From NCBI GenBank assembly GCA_947629105.1, contig CANRCJ010000002.1, forward strand, positions 1 through 37,442: DNA of 37,442 nt, given 5' to 3'. The DNA is from an uncultured Clostridia bacterium. Lineage in GTDB: Bacteria; Bacillota; Clostridia; TANB77; CAG-508. This document shows, one piece after another, positions 1 through 9,220 of the stretch. The first letter of the stretch is position 1; every line of letters starts with the position of its first letter. A model generated the notes under the pieces. That model saw nothing but the letters and a program-made list of their open reading frames with translations. It did no database searches and was not told the origin of the DNA. Made by a program: the position numbers and the translations under genes.

Positions 1-1858
1 CTGTATTTCCTCCCCATTCTTCAGGAACTAAATCATATTTCATTAACTCCTGTTTAACTTTTTCAGGGTTTGCGCCTTCAACATCAATCTTGTTAATTGC
101 AACAATTATAGGAATATTTGCATTTTTTGCATGGTTTATAGCTTCTACTGTTTGAGGCATTACACCATCATTTGCAGCAACAACCAAGATTGCAATATCA
201 GTTACTTGTGCTCCTCTTGCTCTCATTGCAGTAAATGCTTCATGTCCTGGAGTATCTAGGAAAGTTATTTCTCTTCCATTAACCTCAACCATATATGCCC
301 CTATATGTTGAGTAATTCCACCTGCTTCTCCTTCTATAACATGTGTTGATCTAACTGCATCTAGTAATGAAGTTTTACCATGGTCTACGTGACCCATAAC
401 AACTATTACTGGTGGTCTTGGCTTTAAGTCCTCTGGCTTATCATCAGATTCATCAAATAATATATCTTCTTCTGTTACAACTTCCTTTTTTATAGCTGTT
501 ATTCCAAATTCTTGAGCAATAAGAAATGCTGTATCAAAGTCTATTTCATTATTTAATGTTGCCATTATACCATAGTCTAATAATTTCTTTATAATTTCTC
601 CAGTTGTCTTTTTCATTTCTTGTGCTAAATCTTTTACTGTTATTGACTCTGGAATTGTTATTTCAGTTAGCTTAAATATTTTTTGCTTTGTTCTTTCTTC
701 ATCTTGAACATTCTTCTTCTTTCCCTTTTTGCCCCTTACTGTTGTTAAATCATAATAATCTAACATTCCGCCTTCGTCACCGAACATATTAGAAAGCCTA
801 TTTTCTTGCTTTAAATCTTTAAGCTTTCCTGAATCAAATTCCTCATTTCTTCTAGATTTTGAATTCTTTCTTGTTCTTGCTTCATCAGATTGATTTCTAT
901 TGTTTTTTTGTTTTGTAATGTTTCTATTGTAATCTCTTGTGTTTTCTTTTTCTCCAAGTTCTTGAGCCATTATGTTCTTAATGTTCTTTTCAATTCCCTT
1001 TTCATCTAATGTCCTTCTATTATTCCTATAGTCACCATTATTATTTTGTCTATTTCCTTGATTTTTATAACCATAATTATTTCTGTTTTGATTTCTAAAA
1101 TTATTGTTACCCCTGTCATAATTATTACGATTATTGTTTTCGCCATTATTTCTATTAAAATTATTTTGACGATAGTTGTTATCACCAAAGTTTCTCCTAT
1201 TATTGTCATATCTTTGTCTGTTATTATTTGAAAAATTACGATTATCTTCACGTTGTTCTCTATAATTATTTACTGGTTTCTTCTTATTATCTACTTGAGG
1301 AACTGGTTCTTGCTTTGGCATTTCTACTTTTTGTATGTTTTCTTCTTTGTTTTCAATTTTTTCTTCTTTTTGCATTTCTTCTTTAACTTCTACATCCTTT
1401 TTTTCTTGGGCTATATTTTCTTCCTTCTTTGGTTTTGTTGCAATTCCAAACAATTCACTTGCGGTCATTGGTTTAGAAGGTTTATTTCTATAGACAATGT
1501 TATATTCTTTGTTATTACTTCTTTCTACAAATCCCACGTCTTTTCTTGCCTTTTGACTCTTTGCTTTTTGCTCTTCTTCTCTTTTTGTAAGTTCTTCGTC
1601 TGAAATAATTACTTCTCTTCTAATTATTACAGGTGTGCTATTTGTCTTTTCTTTTTTAGGTTCTTCTTGTTTTGATGTAGCAGTATTATTATCAGATTTG
1701 TTACTATTTAATTGTTTCTCTATCTTATCTGCAGTTTTTTCATCAATGATATTCAAATGACTTTTAATTTCTAAACCAAGCTTATTCGCAGCATCCATAA
1801 TTTCCTTGCTTTGTTTATTTAATTTTTTTGCTAATTCGTGTATTTTTATTTTACCCAT
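1..1858 (-). CDS. infB: Translation initiation factor IF-2, 3' end runs off the window
   Basis: Manual translation from ATG 1858 ([14 protein letters not shown]) is open to the left edge. It contains the G-domain motifs [39 protein letters not shown] and AINKID. It is absent from the ORF track because no stop lies in the window. Confidence 0.97.
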   Translation of the reverse strand, partial: MGKIKIHELAKKLNKQSKEIMDAANKLGLEIKSHLNIIDEKTADKIEKQLNSNKSDNNTATSKQEEPKKEKTNSTPVIIRREVIISDEELTKREEEQKAKSQKARKDVGFVERSNNKEYNIVYRNKPSKPMTASELFGIATKPKKEENIAQEKKDVEVKEEMQKEEKIENKEENIQKVEMPKQEPVPQVDNKKKPVNNYREQREDNRNFSNNNRQRYDNNRRNFGDNNYRQNNFNRNNGENNNRNNYDRGNNNFRNQNRNNYGYKNQGNRQNNNGDYRNNRRTLDEKGIEKNIKNIMAQELGEKENTRDYNRNITKQKNNRNQSDEARTRKNSKSRRNEEFDSGKLKDLKQENRLSNMFGDEGGMLDYYDLTTVRGKKGKKKNVQDEERTKQKIFKLTEITIPESITVKDLAQEMKKTTGEIIKKLLDYGIMATLNNEIDFDTAFLIAQEFGITAIKKEVVTEEDILFDESDDKPEDLKPRPPVIVVMGHVDHGKTSLLDAVRSTHVIEGEAGGITQHIGAYMVEVNGREITFLDTPGHEAFTAMRARGAQVTDIAILVVAANDGVMPQTVEAINHAKNANIPIIVAINKIDVEGANPEKVKQELMKYDLVPEEWGGNT

Positions 1859-2177
1859 AGCAATTCACCCCCGTTATATTTTTTAATTATTCCGTATAGA
1901 AAAACCTTTATCTTTTATTCCAATAATCGCTCTATTTCTTTTACCTATTACAGCGCCTAATTCTTCCATTGTACTTAATTCTATTACAGGTATTTCATAA
2001 TTAGTACAAACATATTTTATATTTTTTTTAGATTTTTCTGATGTATCATTTGCAACAATTACCAATTTTATTTTATATTTTTTTGCTTCATCAACAACTG
2101 CATCCATTCCAGAAACTATTTTACCGTGCTTTTGCTGCAAGCCCAATCATGCCTAAAATTTTTTCATTATCAGTCAA
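1846..2177 (-). CDS. ylxQ: L7Ae/YlxQ-family RNA-binding protein, needs +1 shifts at CGG 2126-2124 and 1894-1892
   Basis: TTG start at 2177 after GAGGTG. It reads [17 protein letters not shown][C][10 protein letters not shown]...[12 protein letters not shown][C][15 protein letters not shown]. It sits in the canonical position between ylxR and infB. Without the second shift it stops at 1883. Confidence 0.88.
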
Positions 2178-2430
2178 ACATTACACCTCTTATTTCATTA
2201 AACTTTTCATCACTGACATTTACTTTTAAAGTCCTTGACAAACCTTTATTTTTAATGGCTTTTTTTAAACATTCTTCATTTTTACATATATAGGTTCCTC
2301 TTCCTTGTTCTCTTTGATTAATGTCAACTATTATTCCTTGTTCTTTTGAATTTACAATTCGAACTAACTCTTTTTTATTCTTTTTTTCTCTGCAACCTAC
2401 ACATGTTCTCGTTTCTTTGCTATTCTTCAT
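2170..2430 (-). CDS. ylxR: YlxR/RnpM (DUF448) RNA-binding protein
   Basis: RTCVGCR...LVRIV...GRGTYIC...CLKKA motifs, directly downstream of nusA. Confidence 0.93.
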   Translation of the reverse strand: MKNSKETRTCVGCREKKNKKELVRIVNSKEQGIIVDINQREQGRGTYICKNEECLKKAIKNKGLSRTLKVNVSDEKFNEIRGVMFD

Positions 2431-3535
2431 TATTCTCCTCTGAATTTTCTTCTATCTCATTTTCTTCTTGCATTTTCGTTAATAATTCTCTAAATTGTGT
2501 TTCAGATTTTATATCTATTTTCCATCCTGTAAGTCTTGCAGCAAGTCTTGCATTTTGTCCAGCTTTTCCTATTGCTAACGATAACTGGTCATCTGGAACA
2601 ATTACTCTTGCAGATTTTTCTTCTTCATTTACATCTACTGCCATTACCTTTGCAGGAAGTAATGCTGAAGAAATAAATATTGCTGGATCTTCATTCCATT
2701 CTATTACATCTATCTTTTCACCACTTAGCTCATTTATAATATTTTGAATTCTAACACCTTTTTGTCCTACGCAAGAACCTACAGGGTCAATATTTTCATT
2801 TTGCGCATGAACTGCAACTTTGCATCTGTTTCCTGGATCTCTTGCAACATTTTTTACTTCTATTAATCCTTCATATATCTCTGGGATTTCAAATTCAAAT
2901 AATTTTTTTACAAAATCTCCTGCTGTTCTTGATACTATAACTTGTGGTGCACCTTTTGATCCTCTTACAACATCTATAACATAAGCTTTTACTTTATCAT
3001 TTACTTTATACTTTTCTATTGGGATTTGTTCTTTTGCAGGCATTATTCCTTCTAGTTTTCCTAAATCTAAGATTATAACTCCTGTATCAGCCTTTTGTAC
3101 TATTCCTGAAACTATTTCTCCTTTTCTTTCATTAAATTCTCCATATATTATATCTCTTTCAGCTTCTCTTAATTTTTGTATTATAACTTGCTTTGCTGTT
3201 TGTGCTGCAATTCTTCCGAAATTCCTTGGATTAAGTTCTATATCAACTGTATCTCCTATGTTTAACTGCTTATTTATCTTAATTGCTTCATCTTTAGAAA
3301 TTTGAAGTACTGGATTTTCTACAGTTTCAACTACTTCTTTAACAGAATATACATGTGTTTCTCCTGTTACTTTATCCATTACTACCTTTACATTCTCACT
3401 ATCCTTGTAATTGTTTTTGTATGCAGTAATTAAAGCAGTTTCTATTTGTTGTATTAAATACTCCTTCTTTATTCCTCTCTCTTGTTCTAATGTTTCTAAT
3501 GCAATCTCTAATTCTTTATTATCTATTGCCTTCAT
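2420..3535 (-). CDS. nusA: Transcription termination/antitermination factor NusA
   Basis: FGRIAAQTAKQVI, ARDPGNRCKVAV, DPVGSCVG and QLSLAIGKAGQNARLAARLTGWKIDIKS motifs. Confidence 0.98.
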   Translation of the reverse strand: MKAIDNKELEIALETLEQERGIKKEYLIQQIETALITAYKNNYKDSENVKVVMDKVTGETHVYSVKEVVETVENPVLQISKDEAIKINKQLNIGDTVDIELNPRNFGRIAAQTAKQVIIQKLREAERDIIYGEFNERKGEIVSGIVQKADTGVIILDLGKLEGIMPAKEQIPIEKYKVNDKVKAYVIDVVRGSKGAPQVIVSRTAGDFVKKLFEFEIPEIYEGLIEVKNVARDPGNRCKVAVHAQNENIDPVGSCVGQKGVRIQNIINELSGEKIDVIEWNEDPAIFISSALLPAKVMAVDVNEEEKSARVIVPDDQLSLAIGKAGQNARLAARLTGWKIDIKSETQFRELLTKMQEENEIEENSEENNEE

Positions 3536-3554
3536 TTTTTAATCAACCCTTTCT

Positions 3555-4011
3555 TTACCAATTATACTTTGTTTTAATCTGTGCTATATTTTTTCTTTCT
3601 ACCATTTGCTCAATATCATTTATTTTTACAAATATACTTTCTTTATCAAATTTAATAAGTGTTCCTTGTAAAATCTTTTCTTTATTTATTGGCTTAAATA
3701 ATTTTACTTCTACTTCATTTCCTATATTTTGTTTAAGATGTTCGTCTTTTCGTAAAATTCTCTCTACTCCAGGTGAAGAAACTTCTAGAAAATATTGTTC
3801 TTTTATATAATCTGCTTTATCAAGCACATCATTAATTTCATTTGATACTTTTTCACAATCTTCTAGACTTATTCCCTCATCTCTATCTATATATATTCTT
3901 AAAAAATAATCTTTACCGTTCTTTTACATATTCTGTATCATAAAGGTTATATCCTATATTTTCTATATATGGCTTTATAAGTTCAAATACCTTTTCTTCA
4001 ATATTTGCCAA
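3555..4011 (-). CDS. rimP: Ribosome maturation factor RimP, needs +1 shift at CGG 3918-3916 (151 aa)
   Basis: TTG start after AAGGTG. It reads MANIEEKVFELIKPYIENIGYNLYDTEYVKE[C]GKDYFLRIYIDRDEGISLEDCEKVS...YFLEVSSPGVER. First gene of the nusA operon. Confidence 0.93.
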
Positions 4012-4036
4012 TCACATCACCTTCCATACATACATA

Positions 4037-4061
4037 AAGAGTGGAATTTGCTTCCACTCTT
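4037..4061 (-). terminator. Leader hairpin (candidate attenuator) upstream of rimP
   Basis: Perfect 10-bp stem AAGAGTGGAA/TTCCACTCTT with a 5-nt loop, located between the promoter and the rimP RBS. Confidence 0.65.
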
Positions 4062-4085
4062 CTAGTCTCGTTTTAGTATGAACAT

Positions 4086-4114
4086 ATTATACATGTTTTT
4101 TCCTTTATTGTCAA
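4086..4114 (-). promoter_or_regulatory. SigA promoter of the rimP-nusA-infB operon
   Basis: TTGACA-17 bp-TATAAT, perfect consensus on the minus strand. Confidence 0.88.
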
Positions 4115-4403
4115 GGTTTTTGTATCATTTTATTGAAAATTTTCGTAAAAAAAGCAATAATAATCATCATTATTTCTCAAGCGTTATAAATATATTGCAT
4201 TTTGATTGCATTTTGTTATACAATACGTATTGAAAATACACATATTTTATGTATAACTCCGAGGTATAATTTAACTTAAAATGTGTTGTTTTCCGCTATT
4301 TTAACGTGTTTCATGTTATTTTTAGTTGCCCTTATTTAACTTGAATTAAAATATATTTGTAATAAATTTTTTTCTTTATTTTATTTTGAAATGGGGGCTA
4401 ATT

Positions 4404-4622
4404 ATGTATAACAGACTTAGAGAATTAAGAGAAGATAGAGACTTAACACAAACGCAAATTGCAAAATACTTAAATATGTCTCAGACTGGTTATTCACAAT
4501 ATGAAATTGGTAGAAATGATATTCCAACTGTTATTCTAATAAAACTTTCATTATTTTATGATGTTTCAGTTGACTATCTTCTAAATATAACCAATGAGAT
4601 GCGACCATATAAAAGAGCATAA
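4404..4622 (+). CDS. XRE-family HTH transcriptional regulator
   Basis: RLRELREDRDLTQTQIAKYLNMSQTGYSQYEIG...VSVDYLL. ATG 4404 follows a GGGGG RBS. Confidence 0.92.
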   Translation: MYNRLRELREDRDLTQTQIAKYLNMSQTGYSQYEIGRNDIPTVILIKLSLFYDVSVDYLLNITNEMRPYKRA

Positions 4623-4652
4623 ATAGTGTAGGGGCAGTTTCCTACACTATTT
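4621..4652. terminator. Bidirectional intrinsic terminator between convergent XRE gene and yunB
   Basis: AAATAGTGTAGG-N8-CCTACACTATTT inverted repeat. Confidence 0.75.
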
Positions 4653-5367
4653 TACTGTGTCATATAAATTATTGTTATCCATTCCTTCAAGATTATAATA
4701 AGTTGAAGGAACAATTCCAACTATTACATTCTCTATTAGCAATACTTCATTACTTATATTGTTATTTATCACATCATAAGGTGTAAGTATGCTCACATTA
4801 CAAGCTACGTCTAAATATAGTCTATGTATGGTTTGATTAATTCCTGTGCTTTCAAATTCACTTCTTAGTTTTGTTTCTACAGTTCCAGATGTATAAAGTT
4901 TTATTGGAATATTAGGTCCAAAACCAGAAAATATTTTGCTTCCCATTAAGCTTCCGAATTTTTATATATATTTCGCTTTCACTATTTTTCTCAAATTCTT
5001 CTTGTATCTTTATTGCTACATCTGATGTTATTTCATTTATAGCTATTATATTTGATTTTAACATAGTTATATTATCATTACTATCTCTGTATATTGTAAC
5101 AATATCGTCGTAAGAATATCTTGACATTACGTTTGTTGCTTGCCTATTAGAAATTAATGTAGCCTTCTTCTTACTTTCATCTAAACATAATTTATTAATT
5201 ATCGGATTTATACTTTTTATTATAAAAAGCATTACCAATATCGCTATTATTAATATTAAGCTTGACTTAAGCATCTTTTTCTTTCGTATGTCTATCTTTC
5301 CATTTGGAATCCTATTAAAACATACCTTTGGCATTTGTATTCTTTTCCTTGAATAAATCTTTTCCAT
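4647..5367 (-). CDS. yunB: Sporulation protein YunB, needs +1 shift at CGG 4956-4954
   Basis: ORFs 4912..5367 and 4647..4946 join as EIYIKI[C]GSLMGSKIFSGFGPNIPIK...FESTGINQTIHRLYL...IVGIVPSTYYN. N-terminal TM helix. Confidence 0.88.
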
Positions 5368-5394
5368 ACAATATATTATGATTTTACTCTTGAC

Positions 5395-6930
5395 CTATGT
5401 TCTACACATTGAGCATTTAGGTATGAATAATTGTTGACCTACGTTTATTCTATCTGGGTTTTCGATATTATTTACTCTTGCTATATCTTCTACTGTACTT
5501 CTATATCTTTTAGCTATCTTCCATAATGTATCTCCTGGCTTTACAAAATATATTACCATACTATAGATATCATCATCACCACATTCTGCTTCTTCTATAT
5601 TATCTATAACATTTACTGTTTCAAGATTATATGAGTTAGTACTTACATTTAAATCTATTTTTGCAGCAACTTCCATGTTGTCAGAAACAAATTCTCTAAA
5701 TATTGGAACAATTTCTGCCGTAACTCTGCTTTCTGCTGTTATTCCGTCTATTTCCTGAGTAAATTCAAATGGAACATTTTGATTTAATGTTATTATGTTA
5801 TCTGAGTTATTGTTTGTTAGTATAAAGTCAAGGTCTAATTCTCCACTAAATCTTACTCTATCTCTAGACACGTTTGTTTCATTTATTACTGGTGTTACAC
5901 TTACATCACAAATCTTGGTATATTCGCTGTTTTCAAGCCTTACTTTTTGCGTCACATTCATAACACTTGATGTATTTCTCATATTAACCATTGTGCTTAC
6001 TTTATTTTCTTTGAATGTTAAATTTCTACTTGGACTATACATATCTTGTATAATATTTACTTCTTTATTTTCAAATACTCTACAAAATAGCTCTAATTCT
6101 ATCTCTACATATATTGAATGTTCTTCCGGACTATTAGGTTTTATAACTACATTCTTTAGTTTATATTTAACATCACAGAGGTTTTCATCAGAAACTCCAA
6201 CTAAATCTATAAATCCCATTACTGGAATTGTTTCCTCTACTCCTTTTATCCTGCCATCATCTGTTAAATATATTATCCTAACTTCCATATCTGCTTTAGC
6301 AAGTACTTTGTTGTAGCTTACTTTTGTATCTTTATTTGTTATATTAAAATCAATGCTTAATATCTCTGATAATACATCCGTATTATCTATAACAACTGTT
6401 TCTTTTGCTATCGCCTTTGTTGTGTTTTGACCGACCAAAGAATTGATTGTTAGTGGTACAATTTGTGATTGTACATCATCTATATTATTAATTTGCTTTA
6501 TTATTTCTTCATTTTCATTTAAAAAAACGTCTGCTTTTATTTCTAAGAATGCTTTTAGATTTATCTTTCTTCCATTTAAAACCTTACATTCTAATTTTTT
6601 TATGGTTATCTCTTCATCTAGCATCATTCTTGAGTCTACCCCTGGAAAATCAAGAATTTCTGTAAAATCAATATTTCCATTGACTCCTCTTATCATTTGA
6701 GCGTCACTATCTGCAAGATACATTAAGTATACGTTGACATTGCCATCAAGTCTTATCTTTCCTTCTAGTATTTCTTTTTTATATATGCAAACATTACCTG
6801 TCATATATACTTCATTTAATATATCTGGCTTAGTGTCTGGTATTATACAGTCTCCTTCCACTGTAACTGCAAATGTTTTGCTGCCTACTATTCTGTTTAT
6901 ACACAAGTTTTCTTTAACCGTATCAATCAT
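5395..6930 (-). CDS. sipL: SPOCS (DUF3794) repeat plus C-terminal LysM spore coat morphogenetic protein, SipL-like
   Basis: IIPDTKPDI-type SPOCS repeats and C-terminal LysM (YFVKPGDTLWKIAKRY...NNIENPDRINVGQQLFIP). yabG-veg-sipL synteny is typical of Clostridia. Confidence 0.85.
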   Translation of the reverse strand: MIDTVKENLCINRIVGSKTFAVTVEGDCIIPDTKPDILNEVYMTGNVCIYKKEILEGKIRLDGNVNVYLMYLADSDAQMIRGVNGNIDFTEILDFPGVDSRMMLDEEITIKKLECKVLNGRKINLKAFLEIKADVFLNENEEIIKQINNIDDVQSQIVPLTINSLVGQNTTKAIAKETVVIDNTDVLSEILSIDFNITNKDTKVSYNKVLAKADMEVRIIYLTDDGRIKGVEETIPVMGFIDLVGVSDENLCDVKYKLKNVVIKPNSPEEHSIYVEIELELFCRVFENKEVNIIQDMYSPSRNLTFKENKVSTMVNMRNTSSVMNVTQKVRLENSEYTKICDVSVTPVINETNVSRDRVRFSGELDLDFILTNNNSDNIITLNQNVPFEFTQEIDGITAESRVTAEIVPIFREFVSDNMEVAAKIDLNVSTNSYNLETVNVIDNIEEAECGDDDIYSMVIYFVKPGDTLWKIAKRYRSTVEDIARVNNIENPDRINVGQQLFIPKCSMCRT

Positions 6931-6983
6931 GCATTTTCCTCCTCGTTTACTCTTTTTTTACTATGTATATTGTAGACGAGCAA

Positions 6984-7013
6984 AAAAAATTCCTAATTTC
7001 TTAGGAATTTTTT
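6984..7013 (-). terminator. Intrinsic terminator downstream of veg
   Basis: AAAAAATTCCTAA-TTTC-TTAGGAATTTTTT hairpin with a T-tract. Confidence 0.75.
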
Positions 7014-7050
7014 AAATTATTTATTATTTTTGAAAAGAAATATAATTTTA

Positions 7051-7362
7051 TTATAACAAATTTTGTGTATTTTGTCTTACTTTCTTTGGTTCTTCTGGTC
7101 TTGGTGGTACAATAGAGCAATAATTTTCTCCATCAAATACTTGAAGATCTATTGTTCTAGTTAATACATCTGTATAGCTGTATGTTGCATTTCCTTCTTC
7201 TTGGTCATACTTAACAACAAATAAATTAGGATATGCTTTTTGCAAAGTGGCTTCTTTTTCAAAAAATTTACTTCTTCCAAGTGTTCCTTTTACTATTATC
7301 TTTTGTCCTATTTTTTCTTCAATATCTCCTCTTAAGTTAGTAATATCATCCCTGTAAATCAT
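7051..7362 (-). CDS. veg: Veg family protein
   Basis: IGQKIIVKGTLGRSK...AYPNLFVV...YSYTDVLT motifs, downstream of yabG. Confidence 0.9.
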   Translation of the reverse strand: MIYRDDITNLRGDIEEKIGQKIIVKGTLGRSKFFEKEATLQKAYPNLFVVKYDQEEGNATYSYTDVLTRTIDLQVFDGENYCSIVPPRPEEPKKVRQNTQNLL

Positions 7363-7391
7363 TTGATCACCTACTTTATCAAGATGAGCGA

Positions 7392-7420
7392 ATTATATCA
7401 TTTTTGACGTAAAATGTCAA
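7392..7420 (-). promoter_or_regulatory. Strong SigA promoter of veg
   Basis: TTGACA-17 bp-TATAAT with extended -10 TGn. Confidence 0.88.
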
Positions 7421-7476
7421 AAAATGTTTTTTAATAAAGTAATCAAATGTATTGATATATAAGGCTTTTATTTGTT

Positions 7477-7516
7477 TGTTACATTTATGTTACAAATATA
7501 TTACATGCGTGTTACA
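7477..7516 (-). promoter_or_regulatory. Four 11-bp-phased direct repeats (TGTAAY-N5), OmpR-family/WalR-like binding array
   Basis: Minus strand reads TGTAAC ACGCA TGTAAT ATATT TGTAAC ATAAA TGTAAC. Confidence 0.6.
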
Positions 7517-7519
7517 ATT

Positions 7520-8332
7520 TTATTTTTTACCTTTAGCATACCTTCCTCCTACCCTTTTTCCGCCATCTCCAAGTTCAGCAGAAATTTCTCTTACAGTTAC
7601 TATTCTATTTTTATCTGTAGTTGCAACTTTTTCTGCAACTACCAATGGATCCATAAAATCTATTAAAACTCTAGCAGGTGATGAAGCAAAATTTGCGCCT
7701 GACGCCATTATTGCTTCAAAAAAGCTTTGGCATGCGCCAGCAAATATAACTAAGTCTTTATCTGGGCTTGTCGCTTTTTTTGCCTCTATTACAGAATTTA
7801 TAAAATACTTAGAATTCCTATAATTATATATATCATTATAATTAGTTCCATTTTTTATCATACCATCATGTCCTGTAATAACTAATATATCTGGATTATA
7901 TTTTCTAATTAAATTTCCAACAACTTGTGGTTGTCTATTTTCAGGGATGTTTTTTACAATAGCTTTTAACCCAAGTTTATTATAATATCTTTCTGATTTT
8001 TGAGTATATTTTCTATCTCCATCTAAGTGCAAAATTAATGCATTTGTTGAATTATTATTTGTATTTCTTCTTCCAGAAAATAATCCTTTACCTACTGTAC
8101 TAAGTCTTTTTTTTAGCTTACTTTCTATTCCTCTTTTTTCTGTCTCTATTTCATCTTTTTCCATTTTTACTAAGTCATCTAATGGGCTATCAGCCTCTAT
8201 TCTATACTGTACTCCTTTTAAAATAGCATAGGCTTTATTGGGGTCACTTGTCTTTATTATTCTATCTACATAGAAAAGAATATCTTTACCATAAGAAATT
8301 CTTCCTACAATGTCTCCTTTTTTTATTTCCAC
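7520..8332 (-). CDS. yabG: Sporulation-specific protease YabG
   Basis: GDIVGRISYGKDILF, ILHLDGD, PDILVITGHDG, LVIFAGACQS and GANFASSP motifs. Likely start is GTG 8332 after GAGGTG (the track gives 8341). Confidence 0.93.
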   Translation of the reverse strand: MEIKKGDIVGRISYGKDILFYVDRIIKTSDPNKAYAILKGVQYRIEADSPLDDLVKMEKDEIETEKRGIESKLKKRLSTVGKGLFSGRRNTNNNSTNALILHLDGDRKYTQKSERYYNKLGLKAIVKNIPENRQPQVVGNLIRKYNPDILVITGHDGMIKNGTNYNDIYNYRNSKYFINSVIEAKKATSPDKDLVIFAGACQSFFEAIMASGANFASSPARVLIDFMDPLVVAEKVATTDKNRIVTVREISAELGDGGKRVGGRYAKGKK

Positions 8333-8414
8333 AATTTTCACCTCTATGTTACATTTTATGTTTTTTTGATGAAAATGTTTAAAAATTGTTTGATTACCAT
8401 TTTTGATTTTTATT

Positions 8415-8443
8415 GCATATTTTTTTATGATTTGTTAATAATA
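8415..8443 (+). promoter_or_regulatory. Candidate forespore (SigG/SigF-type) promoter of the dodecin-spoVA operon
   Basis: GCATA-17 bp-AATAATA upstream of a spoVA operon. Confidence 0.4.
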
Positions 8444-8497
8444 TCTAGCATAATTTGAAATAAACTTTATCTATTGACTTGAAAGGAGGTTTTATTT

Positions 8498-8713
8498 GTG
8501 GCAACTCAAAAACATTTATTTATTACAGGTACTTCAACAGTATCTTGGAAAGATGCTATTGTACAAGCAGTTGGTGAAGCTTCTAAAACAATAGACTATC
8601 TATCATCTGTTAAGATATTAGAGCAAAGAGCAAACATTTCAGGTAAAAAAATCACAGAATATTTGGTAGATTTAGATTTAACATTTACTATTGACAGAGA
8701 AAGAGAAGATTAA
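8498..8713 (+). CDS. Dodecin family protein
   Basis: 71 aa with GTSTVSWKDAIVQAVGEASKT...KITEYLVDLDLTF, matching the dodecin pattern. Strong AGGAGG RBS, GTG start. Confidence 0.8.
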   Translation: MATQKHLFITGTSTVSWKDAIVQAVGEASKTIDYLSSVKILEQRANISGKKITEYLVDLDLTFTIDRERED

Positions 8714-8739
8714 GATAACTCATGAAAGGATGAAATTTT

Positions 8740-9204
8740 ATGGAAAAAATACAAACAAATAAACAATACCAAGACTATGTTGATCAAAAATCCCCTAATT
8801 CTCCTATTTTAAAGAACTGCTTTAATGCCTTTTGGGTTGGTGGTTTAATATGTTCAATAGGACAATTAATACTAGATTTTTGTGCTTATAGAGGTTTAAA
8901 TGAAGAAACAGCCGGTAGCATTTGTTCAATAATTCTTATAGGTATCAGTGCATTTTTAACTGGACTAAATTTATTTAATAAAATTGGTAAATTTGCAGGA
9001 GCAGGTACTATTGTTCCTATTACAGGTTTTTCAAATTCTATTGTATCACCTGCTATTGAATATAAATCTGAGGGATATATTATGGGTGTAGGCGCAAAAA
9101 TGTTTACAGTTGCAGGTCCAGTGCTTGTCTATGGTATTTCTGCTTCAATTCTAGTTGGAATTGTTTATTTAATATTCAATACACAAAGTATTACTTTAGT
9201 TTAA
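8740..9204 (+). CDS. spoVAC: Stage V sporulation protein AC
   Basis: AFWVGGLICSIGQ, GKFAGAGTIVPITGFSNSIVSPAIE and MFTVAGPVLVYG motifs. Confidence 0.95.
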   Translation: MEKIQTNKQYQDYVDQKSPNSPILKNCFNAFWVGGLICSIGQLILDFCAYRGLNEETAGSICSIILIGISAFLTGLNLFNKIGKFAGAGTIVPITGFSNSIVSPAIEYKSEGYIMGVGAKMFTVAGPVLVYGISASILVGIVYLIFNTQSITLV

Positions 9205-9220
9205 GAAAGGATGAAACTAT

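Noticed and set aside
1006-1603. ORFs 1006..1251, 1046..1231 and 1253..1603
   Set aside because: Alternate-frame or antisense shadows of low-complexity infB sequence.
4276-4314. 12-codon minus-strand ORF (MKHVKIAENNTF) between rimP and the XRE gene
   Set aside because: No convincing RBS or homology.
4386-4622. XRE gene as a prophage or mobile element remnant
   Set aside because: No integrase, att sites or other mobile genes nearby.
7452-7823. Plus-strand ORFs over the yabG 3' end, and the TGTTACA repeats as a CRISPR array
   Set aside because: The ORFs are antisense shadows. Seven-bp repeats with 4-bp spacers are far too short for CRISPR, and no cas genes are present.
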